From IMG/VR virus record IMGVR_UViG_3300027899_000008: a stretch of DNA of 64,000 nt, one strand, 5' to 3'. Below, piece by piece: positions 39,005 to 50,150 of the stretch. The stretch comes from a virus. The stretch's first letter is position 1; every line of letters starts with the position of its first letter. Both the position numbers and the translations under genes were made by a program. The notes beneath the pieces were generated by a model. The model worked only from the letters and a program-made list of their open reading frames with translations, searched no databases and was not told where the DNA came from.

Positions 39005-40363
39005 TTATGGAATCCCTGCGTTGTCTAGTCTTGATTCTAGGTCTGCTATCTTTGTTATCAAGTCATAGGTTGGAAGAGTGATGGTATCTGCGGTTATCGT
39101 ATCTGCGGTTATGTTCTGAGGAACAACTACGCTAATACCTCTATTCTTTACCTTCATGAATATCTTAGAAAATATTCCAATTATTTCTGGAGTATTGTCA
39201 GCAAATGGGTCATACCTAGTAGTAGCACTGAAAGGACCAAGTGATCCACCAGATTCACCATCCCATCGGAACCATGGCATTAAATAACCAACAAATTGAA
39301 TTGCTGTATCAGTTGCGTTTATTTCTATGGTAGGTCCTGAACTATCTGGTGTGCTTCCATTATTTACTATTAATGGTGATGTTCTCTTTGCTAATAGGTT
39401 ACCCAGTAATCCAGTTTTAAGTTCAGCATTCCATACTGCTGGTCTTTCAATATACAAATACCTAGTTGCTGAATCCCAATATCTTATTATTCCATACCAA
39501 GTTTGTTGTGCTGGAGCAGGCGAATAACTCGGATGAGATAATTGTTGAATAGATCTGTCGATATACGAATCATCAACTTGATAATCTGTATCAACTTTTA
39601 CTCTTTCAATCCATCCTGAATTGAACATTGGAAATACTTTTTGAGTCATTTCTGGAAAATCTATGCTTCTGAATACTTGAAAGTCAGCATCATCATCAAT
39701 TCTAATATGTTCGAATTTCCAATCAACTGGTGTCGATGCTTCCAAATCATAATACTTTGTATTTCTAAAAGTTGTAACTTCTGAATCGTAATCAGATTCT
39801 ACATCTACCCCTTCAAATACAAATTGTAGACTTCCCACCCGAGCAAGCATATTTATTGTGTCTAATGTTGCTTGAACATCTCCACCCATCTTATATCCAG
39901 AATAATTCACAACACTTCCACTATAGGTTCCGTGTGGAGCTCGTTGATATATTGGTTTGATGACATGATTAATATCTGATGGAACTAAATTCTGAAGAGC
40001 ACCAGCGGTCGTTCCACTTAGAAAGTAAATATCATTTCCACCTGACGCTCCTGTTGGATCCAGTGGTAGATTGACTAAATTTGTATCGCTGATATTAATT
40101 GAACCATTCATTACAACATTTAGTTTATTCAATACTATATTATGAGATTCAATTATACCAAATACCTCTGCGTGCGCTGGAGTATCTGCTTTTGATCCAG
40201 TATAACCAGATGTAGGAACATCATAACGAATAACTTGACCAGTGGTTAATCCAGCAACATATGGTATAGAAATCAAAAGTCTAGACCCACCAGAACCTTG
40301 TGTTACGTTCAGTGAATTTATTGTTGATGTTATATTTGAACTATTGCTGCTACAACTTGGCAT
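39005..40363 (-). CDS. Virion structural protein (baseplate/tail-fibre associated)
   Basis: N-terminal module (SKADTP..AEVFGII...IYFLS) paralogous to the neighbouring gene; C-terminal coiled-coil-like KIADLESRL. Confidence 0.5.
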   Translation of the reverse strand: MPSCSSNSSNITSTINSLNVTQGSGGSRLLISIPYVAGLTTGQVIRYDVPTSGYTGSKADTPAHAEVFGIIESHNIVLNKLNVVMNGSINISDTNLVNLPLDPTGASGGNDIYFLSGTTAGALQNLVPSDINHVIKPIYQRAPHGTYSGSVVNYSGYKMGGDVQATLDTINMLARVGSLQFVFEGVDVESDYDSEVTTFRNTKYYDLEASTPVDWKFEHIRIDDDADFQVFRSIDFPEMTQKVFPMFNSGWIERVKVDTDYQVDDSYIDRSIQQLSHPSYSPAPAQQTWYGIIRYWDSATRYLYIERPAVWNAELKTGLLGNLLAKRTSPLIVNNGSTPDSSGPTIEINATDTAIQFVGYLMPWFRWDGESGGSLGPFSATTRYDPFADNTPEIIGIFSKIFMKVKNRGISVVVPQNITADTITADTITLPTYDLITKIADLESRLDNAGIP

Positions 40364-40375
40364 AGACTACCTCTT

Positions 40376-42637
40376 TTATAGTGGATATGTTGAATCTGCG
40401 ATTATATGATAACTTATATTGTCAAACGGAACCACACCATTTACTAGATTTACTCTGAAACTTGTAGTATCAGCAGTAGATGAAATTGTCGTTGAGTTCA
40501 ATGCTGCTGTTCTAGTCTTGCGGTCATATCCAATAGTTCCAGAAGTCTGCCGCATATCGACATTCGCAGTCATGTTATAGGCATCATTTAGTGCTCCAGT
40601 TGATGGAGAATATAGACTGATTGTTGGAGTTGTTCTCATCTTAGTTGGAAACTTTTCAATTGCGAATGACGCATTTGGAATAGATTGAAGTATGTATGAG
40701 TTAAGTGCTATTTCACCATTCGCAGCGAGTGTGGATGTTCCAGATACCTGTGAATCTGTATATGATGTAAAATAAAATCTCTTTGCTTTGAGTTGCTTGT
40801 CTACTATAGATTCAAATAGGTGCTTGGGATTTGAATATGTTCCCTTATATACACACATAGACGCAAAACTTACAAATACATTTGTTCCTGTCGCAACACT
40901 ATTAGTGTTTGCTGTTTTAGTTAATGGTCGTAAATCAAAACCAATTTCAACAAAATCATTTGAATATGATCCAGCACTCAATGCTGGCATAGTGTAACTG
41001 ACCGCATACTTATCCCAAGTTGTAGTTGGAGAAATATTATCAATTATTGCTTTGCTTACCAATGTTGTTCCATTATATCTGGCAACATATACATCTATGT
41101 TGTAGTTATTGTGTGAACATTTAGCATAGAAGCTAACGGTAATGTCAGAGTTATTGAAACTTTCAATTCCTGGAATAACATGACCAAGAGAGTAATAATC
41201 ATTTGAATTATATGATATTCCAGGAGTCACAAGACATTTAGCATTGATATAATATTCTGGAGAACCCTCTACTAGTATTTGTGTTTTATCAAAGGATTGT
41301 CGTTCAATATATTGTGACACATTGGAAGTCTTGGATGTTCTACGAATCCATTGGTCAGCGAAATACATCTTACTCGTATTGGTGGTATATTGAGTATCTC
41401 TGCCAGTGTCTCTCTGCCATACACTGAAATCACCATTGAATGTTTCGTTGGTGATAGCACCGAGAGATTCTGAAGATTTTGGAAGAAAATTTGATGCTGT
41501 TGTGCTAGTTATACTTCGTATTTGTGGTCGTATATCAACAACGAATGAAGTGTTATTGTAATTAAAACCAACATACAATCTTTCAGAATCATTTTCAGCA
41601 ATGTTATTTGACGACAGATATAACTGGTCCGGTAGTTCTTGTGTGCTTTGCAGATACCACCAACCAACATCTCCTCCAGCTGAAGATACACTACTAGGTA
41701 ATATTTCAGTAGCACCTTTTGTCACAATCTGATAGATTTTATCAGTTCCATATGTTGCGGAAGTTTCAATCATTCCAACTACAAAATCCTCTTCATATGG
41801 AAGTGGTGAAGGAGCACTAGTTGATGTTGAGAGACTTGGAAACCATCCGTCATAGGCAGTTCTTCCCGTTGCTACAAGATAATCATTGAAACTAACACCT
41901 TTAGTGCCTACATTTGGTAAATATGAAACAAATGTACCAAGTTCAAATCCATTACTTGCGGATGCAGTGGGAAGTATCACATACAATCTATTATTACCAG
42001 ATAATCCAATGGTAGATGACCCATTTAGATAATTTCCTCTATATTGAAGAATAATACCAGCATCCGCACTCAATCCCATTATCATTGGTTTTGAAACCTG
42101 ACCAACGGTGACTGGTTCTGTTGTTGTAATTTTTCCAGCAGTGGTCGGATCCAGAAAGTAAATACATCCTGGAGATAAGGTAGCACCAGATGTTGTTGTA
42201 AAATCGCCAGTGATTTTACCTAAAATAGTTACAACAGAATAATTAGAATTCATGGAAGATATAACGCCAATGGATTCTGCGTTGTCTGGATCATTTGCCT
42301 TTGCCAATGTAAATCCAAAATCATTCGACCGAATTACAGACCCAAATGTATATCCAGAAGTTCCTAGAGTAATACCAGTTATCTTGAATGAAATATTTGG
42401 CATTACCGCTTCACCTGCGAACGATACATTTCCTGTAAAGGTCAATCCAGAGGATATAGCACCAAGTGTGCTTCCAAGAAGAGCAGTTAAGACATTAGAT
42501 GATACATTTAATCGTATATCATTACCACTGGTTGCTCCGTAGATATTCATTTGATTCAATTGGTCAATGATATCATCGTTGGTCTTTAGATACCAATCGT
42601 AAAATGTTGATGTTCCTGTAAGTGGTGAAATTGCCAT
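40376..42637 (-). CDS. Putative tail fibre/baseplate protein
   Basis: N-terminal TFYDWYLKTN seen in T4-like fibre/baseplate proteins; NGDFSVWQR...ADQW module. Confidence 0.55.
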   Translation of the reverse strand: MAISPLTGTSTFYDWYLKTNDDIIDQLNQMNIYGATSGNDIRLNVSSNVLTALLGSTLGAISSGLTFTGNVSFAGEAVMPNISFKITGITLGTSGYTFGSVIRSNDFGFTLAKANDPDNAESIGVISSMNSNYSVVTILGKITGDFTTTSGATLSPGCIYFLDPTTAGKITTTEPVTVGQVSKPMIMGLSADAGIILQYRGNYLNGSSTIGLSGNNRLYVILPTASASNGFELGTFVSYLPNVGTKGVSFNDYLVATGRTAYDGWFPSLSTSTSAPSPLPYEEDFVVGMIETSATYGTDKIYQIVTKGATEILPSSVSSAGGDVGWWYLQSTQELPDQLYLSSNNIAENDSERLYVGFNYNNTSFVVDIRPQIRSITSTTASNFLPKSSESLGAITNETFNGDFSVWQRDTGRDTQYTTNTSKMYFADQWIRRTSKTSNVSQYIERQSFDKTQILVEGSPEYYINAKCLVTPGISYNSNDYYSLGHVIPGIESFNNSDITVSFYAKCSHNNYNIDVYVARYNGTTLVSKAIIDNISPTTTWDKYAVSYTMPALSAGSYSNDFVEIGFDLRPLTKTANTNSVATGTNVFVSFASMCVYKGTYSNPKHLFESIVDKQLKAKRFYFTSYTDSQVSGTSTLAANGEIALNSYILQSIPNASFAIEKFPTKMRTTPTISLYSPSTGALNDAYNMTANVDMRQTSGTIGYDRKTRTAALNSTTISSTADTTSFRVNLVNGVVPFDNISYHIIADSTYPL

Positions 42638-42657
42638 TTTGAATCAAAACTCCTGAG

Positions 42658-43395
42658 TTATACTATTTTAATTAAATAATTATTTGGAAATCTAATAGTT
42701 CTTGTTGCTATATCTACTACAAATATCTGAGCAAATTCATCATATTCAATAGTAGAACCTGTTGAAATATTATATGACTCAACAAGGACTCCTAGATTTA
42801 TCTTAAATCGCGAAGCACCACATGTGAATTCCTGATAAGATGATTGAGAAGCATCTCGCAAGGTGGGGTCTTGACCAGTACATGATTCATCCGTCTGACA
42901 ACAATCAGCATATTCTGTTGTCACATTGATACCAAAATATGCGGTGTTATTTGAGATTACATTTGTTGGACCGAATGTGGTTGGATTCCATATCCAAAAA
43001 CTCATCTTACTAAGGCTATCTGTGTATAGATACCATCCTTGAGATAATGTATATGTAAATTCTACAATAGGAGCATTAATTGCACTAGTAAGAGTAACAC
43101 TAACATAATCTGGACTTAGTGGAATCAATCCTTGCCAGAAGGGTGCGGTAAATGCTGTTGTTTGTCCACTATTGATGCGAATCCAATTGGCATTCATTCG
43201 TTGTGTTAAGTTTTGATTAACAAAGAACAATTCCTGAATTTCATTCAGTTCTGCTGCTTGTAGAGCGTATCCAGGATTAAATGCGAGCATGGAGTAATTC
43301 TTACCAGCTTCAGCATGAGTTGATACCCTGCTATGATATGGTGTTTTATTTAGTGGAAAACTATTAGATGCTGTATTCAGTGGTAACAATGCCAT
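42658..43395 (-). CDS. Short DUF4815/VrlC N-terminus-like structural protein
   Basis: AFNPGYALQAAELNEIQ resembles the F.PG..QARELTQLQ motif; follows gp8. Confidence 0.6.
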   Translation of the reverse strand: MALLPLNTASNSFPLNKTPYHSRVSTHAEAGKNYSMLAFNPGYALQAAELNEIQELFFVNQNLTQRMNANWIRINSGQTTAFTAPFWQGLIPLSPDYVSVTLTSAINAPIVEFTYTLSQGWYLYTDSLSKMSFWIWNPTTFGPTNVISNNTAYFGINVTTEYADCCQTDESCTGQDPTLRDASQSSYQEFTCGASRFKINLGVLVESYNISTGSTIEYDEFAQIFVVDIATRTIRFPNNYLIKIV

Positions 43396-43398
43396 AAT

Positions 43399-45141
43399 TT
43401 ACATTCCTTTAACCATATTTATACGAATGATTGCGGTATCTACATCCTGTATATCAATTGTTGTGGTTTTATTTGCTGATAATACTTTACCTGTATATTG
43501 AACTAGATTTGGAGCACTAACCGATGTTATCGTATAATCAACACCATCTACAGACAAATTTCCACCAATCAATTGAGTCGATTCGGAATATTCAAGATGC
43601 TTGAGTTCCAATTTTGCTTCCGTAAGAGGAGCAAAAAACGCGACATCAGTAACATCAGTAGATGTGGCAATTTCTATTCCTGTTACAATTGTTCCAACTG
43701 GTTTTGTGATTGTAGTTATGCCATTCTTGGAAGGTGGTTGCTTTCCGTCCAACGCAACCAATACCTTTGTTGTCGTGCGATACAAAGTTGATTGATATTT
43801 ACTTTCAGTAGTTCCAGCGATATATTCAAAGTTAGAGTTATTTCCATATTTTGGATTTTGAATCAAACTATAAAAATTAATAGCAGTTGGAATTGATACA
43901 TCTGAGTTGAAAAGAGTTTGCTTGTCTACTTTAACATCAATCATGGTATGCTGAACATTTAACACCTTCATTGGGTCAAATCCAAGACCATCTATTTCAT
44001 CCAAATTAACTTGTATATTGGAGATAATGTCATTTGCTGTTCTAGTTCCTAACAGATTGGCAGATGTCAGAGAAAGAGAGATATCCTTATATCCCTGTCC
44101 ACCTGATATGATTTGTATTCCACTCACATAATGATTATTATCATTACCCAGATAAGTCCTCAAGATGATGGAAGCATCCGTTCCTGTGTTGCTGGTAATA
44201 GTCAATTCTGGATTTTCGCTGCTTATCTTACGATCAACAAGGTCAAAGGAAGACAAATCTATACTAGCAGATACAATATATCCTTCGTTTGGAGAAGTCT
44301 TATTTGCTTGATACAGGTAAAAATAAGGAGAGGATGTTGAAATCTTATTAGCATTTACTAAATCTGCTATGGCATCATACGCATCCTGTATCTCTATCTC
44401 CGAATCAGATTCATTGGAGTTGAATCGTGAGACATATGTGGGATGGTCTTTGAATATATTATAGCATTCTGTACAAGTTAGAGTTGTAAATATTGTATTC
44501 AACGACCCCTTGGCAGCGGATATCAGTTGTCCAGATTGCCCATAATATTTTGTATTTTCTTTAAAGTAAATTGCGCATTTTCCACTATCTGATGTATTAT
44601 ATGGAGAACAAAATGTTTGAATTTGACTAAAGGGAGAGGTTTTATCTAATCCTTCAAACATATCAAAGGATATGACCGGAATCCAAATTTCAGATACAAA
44701 TTTTTCTAAACCTGGAGTTATCTTATATAATGCCTTCCAAGTATAACCATCATCGTAGGTGTAATCTCCAGCTACATGTGATGGTATGTTAACAGACCCT
44801 TTATTTCCAGATAAATCAGTACGATTATCTACATCATCTGATAGGCAGAGATAGACATATCCATTAATGTCATTATAGACATAATAATTTCCAGTATTTT
44901 GTGTATACGAATTCCACGGAGCATACGATCTACCTCTCACCCACTTTATCTTAGGAGCAACACCAATTACGCTGTCCTTTCCTACCTTGATTGAAAAATC
45001 AGAATTTTTCCAAGCATCGACCTCTGCCTTTGTTGAATTCGAATCTGCTTGAACTTCACTATATCCAACAAATAAAAACAATTGGTTTTCTTTTCCAACT
45101 TGATTTAAGAAAGTCTTAACATTTTCTGTTTTAGTGCTCAT
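43399..45141 (-). CDS. gp8: Baseplate wedge gp8-like
   Basis: YYVYN...VYLCL, P.H...DGYTWKALYKI; synteny; ATAAATA at 45161-45167. Confidence 0.8.
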   Translation of the reverse strand: MSTKTENVKTFLNQVGKENQLFLFVGYSEVQADSNSTKAEVDAWKNSDFSIKVGKDSVIGVAPKIKWVRGRSYAPWNSYTQNTGNYYVYNDINGYVYLCLSDDVDNRTDLSGNKGSVNIPSHVAGDYTYDDGYTWKALYKITPGLEKFVSEIWIPVISFDMFEGLDKTSPFSQIQTFCSPYNTSDSGKCAIYFKENTKYYGQSGQLISAAKGSLNTIFTTLTCTECYNIFKDHPTYVSRFNSNESDSEIEIQDAYDAIADLVNANKISTSSPYFYLYQANKTSPNEGYIVSASIDLSSFDLVDRKISSENPELTITSNTGTDASIILRTYLGNDNNHYVSGIQIISGGQGYKDISLSLTSANLLGTRTANDIISNIQVNLDEIDGLGFDPMKVLNVQHTMIDVKVDKQTLFNSDVSIPTAINFYSLIQNPKYGNNSNFEYIAGTTESKYQSTLYRTTTKVLVALDGKQPPSKNGITTITKPVGTIVTGIEIATSTDVTDVAFFAPLTEAKLELKHLEYSESTQLIGGNLSVDGVDYTITSVSAPNLVQYTGKVLSANKTTTIDIQDVDTAIIRINMVKGM

Positions 45142-45172
45142 TTGTATTATTCTTTATTCTTATTTATTCTAC

Positions 45173-48100
45173 TTATGATTCCTCAAATCCAGTTGCTCCC
45201 CGCGCGTAGAGAGATAAAAACAATTTATTAAAGTGTAAGGAGTTCAATCCCATTGTAATTCCACCCTTCATACATGTGTATAGAAGTTCAAATTCAGATT
45301 GTTCTGGAGTTCCATTCCAATAGTTCTGAGGTGGAGTTAATGGACTTCTTCTGTTTACGAATGGTGTGTTGGAAACTACAGGGTGATATGTAGTTCTTTC
45401 AGTAGTTATTGTTATTATTCCAGTAGCAGTATTAGTTGTTGCTATTACCTTGGAATATAAATCAGTAGTCATCCACATACCACCATCATCCATATGTAAT
45501 ATGACACCATTGCTATCTACAAGAGTTGTGCTTACTTCCTGTGGAGTGACTCTCCATAGGATGGTTCCATTTGTTGTTGGAGCACCACTAATAAGAACCC
45601 GTTTAGTAAAATTAATTCTACTAGAATCAATAGTTTTGGATATAGCACCACCAAGACGAGCATTCACTTCAATCATCAAAGTGTTCAATTCGTTTACTGC
45701 GGTAGTTCTATCTGTGGTGTTCCCAAAATTATTAAATAGCAAAAATGCTTCAATTCCAGTCAAGCAACAATGTCGTATCATTTCATTATATAATTTACGA
45801 GATTGGTCCGACGTATTCCACTGAGGGTGGAATCCAGTATCACCACTCCAATATTTATTACAAATCCATGGACGTAGTTTTCCTGTAGTGTTTCTTCTGG
45901 CAGTTCTCAATGTATGAATAGAAATCAATAAGTTATTCCATGCAGTATTTGTAAATGGTGTGGTGTCGTCATAACCTATTCTTACAATTCTGGTTGGATC
46001 TGATGTTAATACACCATAAGCATCTGGAAAACCCCAAGAACCAAATATTTCTGGAGAAGAGGCATCTCCCGAAATAGTCTCCTGCATGTATGGATGTCCA
46101 TTATGATTATATGCTTCTTGCGTAGTTCCTGGATGAATAATTATATCTCCAAAATTAGACACACTGGCATGTTGCCAAATAGCATTTGTTGTAGATGTTA
46201 ATGTATCCTTGATTAATGCGGATCTAATGCCCCTCATAGCTCTATCCCAATAGAGAAAATTCTTATCTATCTGTGGATGATATGCACCATTTACAATATG
46301 CGTTATACCAAAAGGATAGTTTCCATTATCTGTAAGTAATGATGAGAAAGTGGCGCCCTTCCACATCGAATTATAATTTGCATTACTAGTAATTCCAAAT
46401 ACTTGCGCTGTCCAATCGGGGGAAAATGGTGTTACAGCACCAGCTAGACCATCACCCTTATATTTGGAGAAGAAATCCCCACTTTGCTCTAAGTCTAAGG
46501 TGATATAATCTGGATTTGCTCCTGACTCAGCTAGAGCATTCGCAACAATATTCCAGTCATTTGTTAATGTTATTCCAACAGCATCTGCCCATGGAGATTG
46601 TTTTCCATTTGCAAATCTATCCGCAACCTCATCATAAATCGGACCCTGGTTGTATCTAACAAGATAATACATTCTCTTTCCAGCAGTAATGGAATTCAAT
46701 TTGCTAACTATGTTTGTTATTCTTGCAAGACACACACCATTACCATTTACAAAATTCTGCGCAGTGGAATTCTCATATCCACCATCACCAGCACAATCGA
46801 ATACCTTGACCATAGGTTTGACATATTCGTATATGTTGACATCTCCCATATCTTCAGCAGCAGACACGTCTGCGGCAATTGTTGGATCAGTTGGTGCTAA
46901 ACTTGCTACCCATATGCTATTTCTTGGTGCGTATATGGTTCCATCATATGGAGCAACATTATCTTCCATGCCCATCATATATGTTAATCCAAGAGTGCGG
47001 TCATACCAACCAGAATGTGGTGTGCTGTATGGTGGTGCAAAATATGCTAACCCATTATGAATATAATCTAATATACTCATATTCAACGCAAGTAGAGTTG
47101 GATATAAGTAAAATAATCTGAATCTTCGGTCATAATTCCATGGAACTCCACCATTGGTGTCGAAATAGGTTCCAGATATTTTCTTATATCGCAATATACC
47201 AGCATTCAATTCAATGAATGAATTATAAAAGAATGGATATCCATCAAGCGTCTGCGCTTGCGCTGCGCGTGGGTTCTCTGATGCAAATATTTCTCCAAGA
47301 TCTGAAGTCCCGCATACTCCTCGTTTCCAAATGGAATCCGAATATGTGAATCCTCTTTTTCTTTGCCCAAGAAGCATCTGACTTGAATTAGACCACAAAT
47401 CTGCGGCAATATTATCATCCAAGCACCAATGCCTTGGATTTGGATCTCCGAGATATCTGCTTTGGTCTGTGTTCGTTGGATCGGTTCCATCTGCCACAAT
47501 ATCATGTTTGAACATATATTGACCAAATGTCTCAATACCCATTATTACACCACTATTAGCATTTGCCGAGGATCCTCTTGTATAATTGTATTGATCCTTA
47601 AACCAAGTTACTGGTATATTTTCAACATAACTAATTCCAGATGGTGTTATATTACGCCAAGCAGTATATCCTGGAGCCTGATATAAATGGAATGTTCTTT
47701 CCAATGGAGCAGATGCGTCCATGAATATATGCGCAAATCCATCATGTGGAGATTTAAATTTATCTTTCCAGTGAGAAACAGAAGCATTCAATCTCCAGTT
47801 AAAATATTCAACATTGGAAGGAATTGTTGGATCTTTGTATAACATCCATGGAATTGTGTATTCTTGTATTGGTCCGTATGGTAGATTTCCAAGATAAGCG
47901 ATAAATTCAATTTTATCGTTCCAACCATTTGATATTCGGTCTAAATCATCAATTAATCTTTGACCCAATGGATATGATAGTCCAATTTGATTGCTTGACA
48001 ATCCATTCCAATATCCAGCTGGTATACCTGTCACAATAAAATCGCCAACTAAATTAGGTGGGGTTTTGCTAAATGCGTTACCATTATTCATCACCATAGT

Positions 48101-50149
48101 TCGTTCATTGAAATTCAAAACAAGTCCGGATCCAAACCATCCATTAGACCAAGTTATTCCATCTGTATAAGGAATCCATGGGGAACCTACTGATACTGCT
48201 TGAGTATATCCAACCTGTCGTGTATAAGATGGAAATATAGCAACATATCCAGCAGGATATGTTAGTTCAGAATATGTGGTATTTAAATGGATGTCTCCAA
48301 CTCCATCAACCAATATTCCGTTATTCTCAATGCGTGTCTTAGTTGGATCCGATAATAAATCTCGTAATGTTGCCTTTTCATTTATAATTAAATATTGATC
48401 AAATCTAAAATGATCACCAGCATAGTTTCTAGTCATCCATGGAAATGATCTCCATTTTCCTTCTCCACTACCGCTAGTGGTTTGTGGAGTTTGAAAATAT
48501 CCATAAGGATTATATATGACATATCGTTGAACGCCGTTTGCGTGTGCGGTAGTAAGATTCAATGAAATTATTTTGGAAATATGTCTGTCTGGATCATTAA
48601 ATTTATCTTGATATCTAAAGTTTTTGCTAAGATCAAAGAATGTATTCGCTGGTCCACCTATATCATAATATACATCTTGTGCTATTGTTGAATCATACCA
48701 CTCTACAAATTTTAGATTTGCTTTTTCTGGACTTCTTGCTCGTTCAAATGGTCTATATGCGGTTCTCACAGCTGTAGCATATGTTCGTGGATGTATGATT
48801 GGGTTAAACCAACCAGCAGACGCTCCCGAAGTTCCTGGATGTGCTACAAATTGGAATGCATTCATGACAGCACCACCAGTAGTAAATGGATTAGCAGCTG
48901 CTGAGATACCGAGCAACTCTAGAGTTGCTGATCTTCCTGCGGTTTCTGTTGCGGCAGACCAACCTGGTTCGTAACGATTGATTAAATATTTGAATGTGGT
49001 ATCAAATTGTGTTGTGAATGGAACATTACACTCAGTGCAGGTAAGTCCAGTATTTGGACTAGTTGTTTCGATATTGTCATAACACAGGTCAAAAAAGTAG
49101 CTCAATGGTATATCCTTGAAGTTATATCCTGTTATATTACTATTCGCCCAGTTTGGAAATGCGAATGTTGGAGAAGCAAGAGTTCCATATGATGCGCCAT
49201 CACATCCAACACAAGGTTCTAATCCATAAATTGCTTTTCCTTGTGTAAAATCTATTTCATTATTTGTATAATCGTATGAAAATCCATATGGAGCATAGTT
49301 TCTTATGAATGTTCTTTCACATACCTCAGATAAATCATAATCTGTTTGAGAACCACTATAGTCCTCAAGAGTTTTTTCATATATCACCTTAAGACCAGCA
49401 GGATGTGCCAATGTCTTGTAGGTGTCCTTATAATAACTAGACTTAATTCCTACCTTGAGCAAATATGAATAATCTTGATAAAAATTACCATCCTGCATTC
49501 TAGAGAAGTTCAGACAACTTCCGCTAAGTGTTTGTAATACATCATAGGAACCAGTTCCACCTGGAAATGAAAAAATCTCATTATAGAATCTACCACCATT
49601 TAATCTCAATAGATATTTTTTAGGTAATTCAACCTTGACATCTTCTTGAGGAATAGCAAACAAGGTCTTGAAGAAGTATCTTATTCCATCAATGGTTGTT
49701 TTCTTCTGATGAAAGTTCTTTCTTACACCATGAATGAAATTTCTAGCATTGTCTACCTCTATCTTGCCACCATATGGAACAAGACTGCTAGATGACAATC
49801 CATCAGCGTATATTCCAGCAAGTCTTCCAACATACGCTTCTCTGGTCTTGTCTATATCGATTAGATCCAGAAGTTTAAGTCCTAATTGATATTCTGATCC
49901 ACCTTCAGCGTCACAATATAACCAATCATAGTATTTTTGAATCAAATCAAAGATTGATATTGGATTTTTCCCCGCATCTTCCAATTCTTCTTTTTCAAAA
50001 ACAACCCACAATGGTATTTGATTTGTTATATCCTTCTTGGTATCACATGTGTCTGTAAATAAACCAATTAAAGACTCAGCATCAAATAACCTTGATAATT
50101 TGTTAGTAACTGAGTTGGTATCTGTGGATTGTGGTATAAAGGGTATCAT
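45173..50149 (-). CDS. gp7: Baseplate wedge gp7-like N-terminus fused to about 1280 aa of uncharacterised aromatic-rich sequence
   Basis: QDGNFYQDYSYLLK...HPAG motif; lies between gp6 and gp8. Confidence 0.7.
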   Translation of the reverse strand: MIPFIPQSTDTNSVTNKLSRLFDAESLIGLFTDTCDTKKDITNQIPLWVVFEKEELEDAGKNPISIFDLIQKYYDWLYCDAEGGSEYQLGLKLLDLIDIDKTREAYVGRLAGIYADGLSSSSLVPYGGKIEVDNARNFIHGVRKNFHQKKTTIDGIRYFFKTLFAIPQEDVKVELPKKYLLRLNGGRFYNEIFSFPGGTGSYDVLQTLSGSCLNFSRMQDGNFYQDYSYLLKVGIKSSYYKDTYKTLAHPAGLKVIYEKTLEDYSGSQTDYDLSEVCERTFIRNYAPYGFSYDYTNNEIDFTQGKAIYGLEPCVGCDGASYGTLASPTFAFPNWANSNITGYNFKDIPLSYFFDLCYDNIETTSPNTGLTCTECNVPFTTQFDTTFKYLINRYEPGWSAATETAGRSATLELLGISAAANPFTTGGAVMNAFQFVAHPGTSGASAGWFNPIIHPRTYATAVRTAYRPFERARSPEKANLKFVEWYDSTIAQDVYYDIGGPANTFFDLSKNFRYQDKFNDPDRHISKIISLNLTTAHANGVQRYVIYNPYGYFQTPQTTSGSGEGKWRSFPWMTRNYAGDHFRFDQYLIINEKATLRDLLSDPTKTRIENNGILVDGVGDIHLNTTYSELTYPAGYVAIFPSYTRQVGYTQAVSVGSPWIPYTDGITWSNGWFGSGLVLNFNERTMVMNNGNAFSKTPPNLVGDFIVTGIPAGYWNGLSSNQIGLSYPLGQRLIDDLDRISNGWNDKIEFIAYLGNLPYGPIQEYTIPWMLYKDPTIPSNVEYFNWRLNASVSHWKDKFKSPHDGFAHIFMDASAPLERTFHLYQAPGYTAWRNITPSGISYVENIPVTWFKDQYNYTRGSSANANSGVIMGIETFGQYMFKHDIVADGTDPTNTDQSRYLGDPNPRHWCLDDNIAADLWSNSSQMLLGQRKRGFTYSDSIWKRGVCGTSDLGEIFASENPRAAQAQTLDGYPFFYNSFIELNAGILRYKKISGTYFDTNGGVPWNYDRRFRLFYLYPTLLALNMSILDYIHNGLAYFAPPYSTPHSGWYDRTLGLTYMMGMEDNVAPYDGTIYAPRNSIWVASLAPTDPTIAADVSAAEDMGDVNIYEYVKPMVKVFDCAGDGGYENSTAQNFVNGNGVCLARITNIVSKLNSITAGKRMYYLVRYNQGPIYDEVADRFANGKQSPWADAVGITLTNDWNIVANALAESGANPDYITLDLEQSGDFFSKYKGDGLAGAVTPFSPDWTAQVFGITSNANYNSMWKGATFSSLLTDNGNYPFGITHIVNGAYHPQIDKNFLYWDRAMRGIRSALIKDTLTSTTNAIWQHASVSNFGDIIIHPGTTQEAYNHNGHPYMQETISGDASSPEIFGSWGFPDAYGVLTSDPTRIVRIGYDDTTPFTNTAWNNLLISIHTLRTARRNTTGKLRPWICNKYWSGDTGFHPQWNTSDQSRKLYNEMIRHCCLTGIEAFLLFNNFGNTTDRTTAVNELNTLMIEVNARLGGAISKTIDSSRINFTKRVLISGAPTTNGTILWRVTPQEVSTTLVDSNGVILHMDDGGMWMTTDLYSKVIATTNTATGIITITTERTTYHPVVSNTPFVNRRSPLTPPQNYWNGTPEQSEFELLYTCMKGGITMGLNSLHFNKLFLSLYARGATGFEES

Positions 50150-50150
50150 A

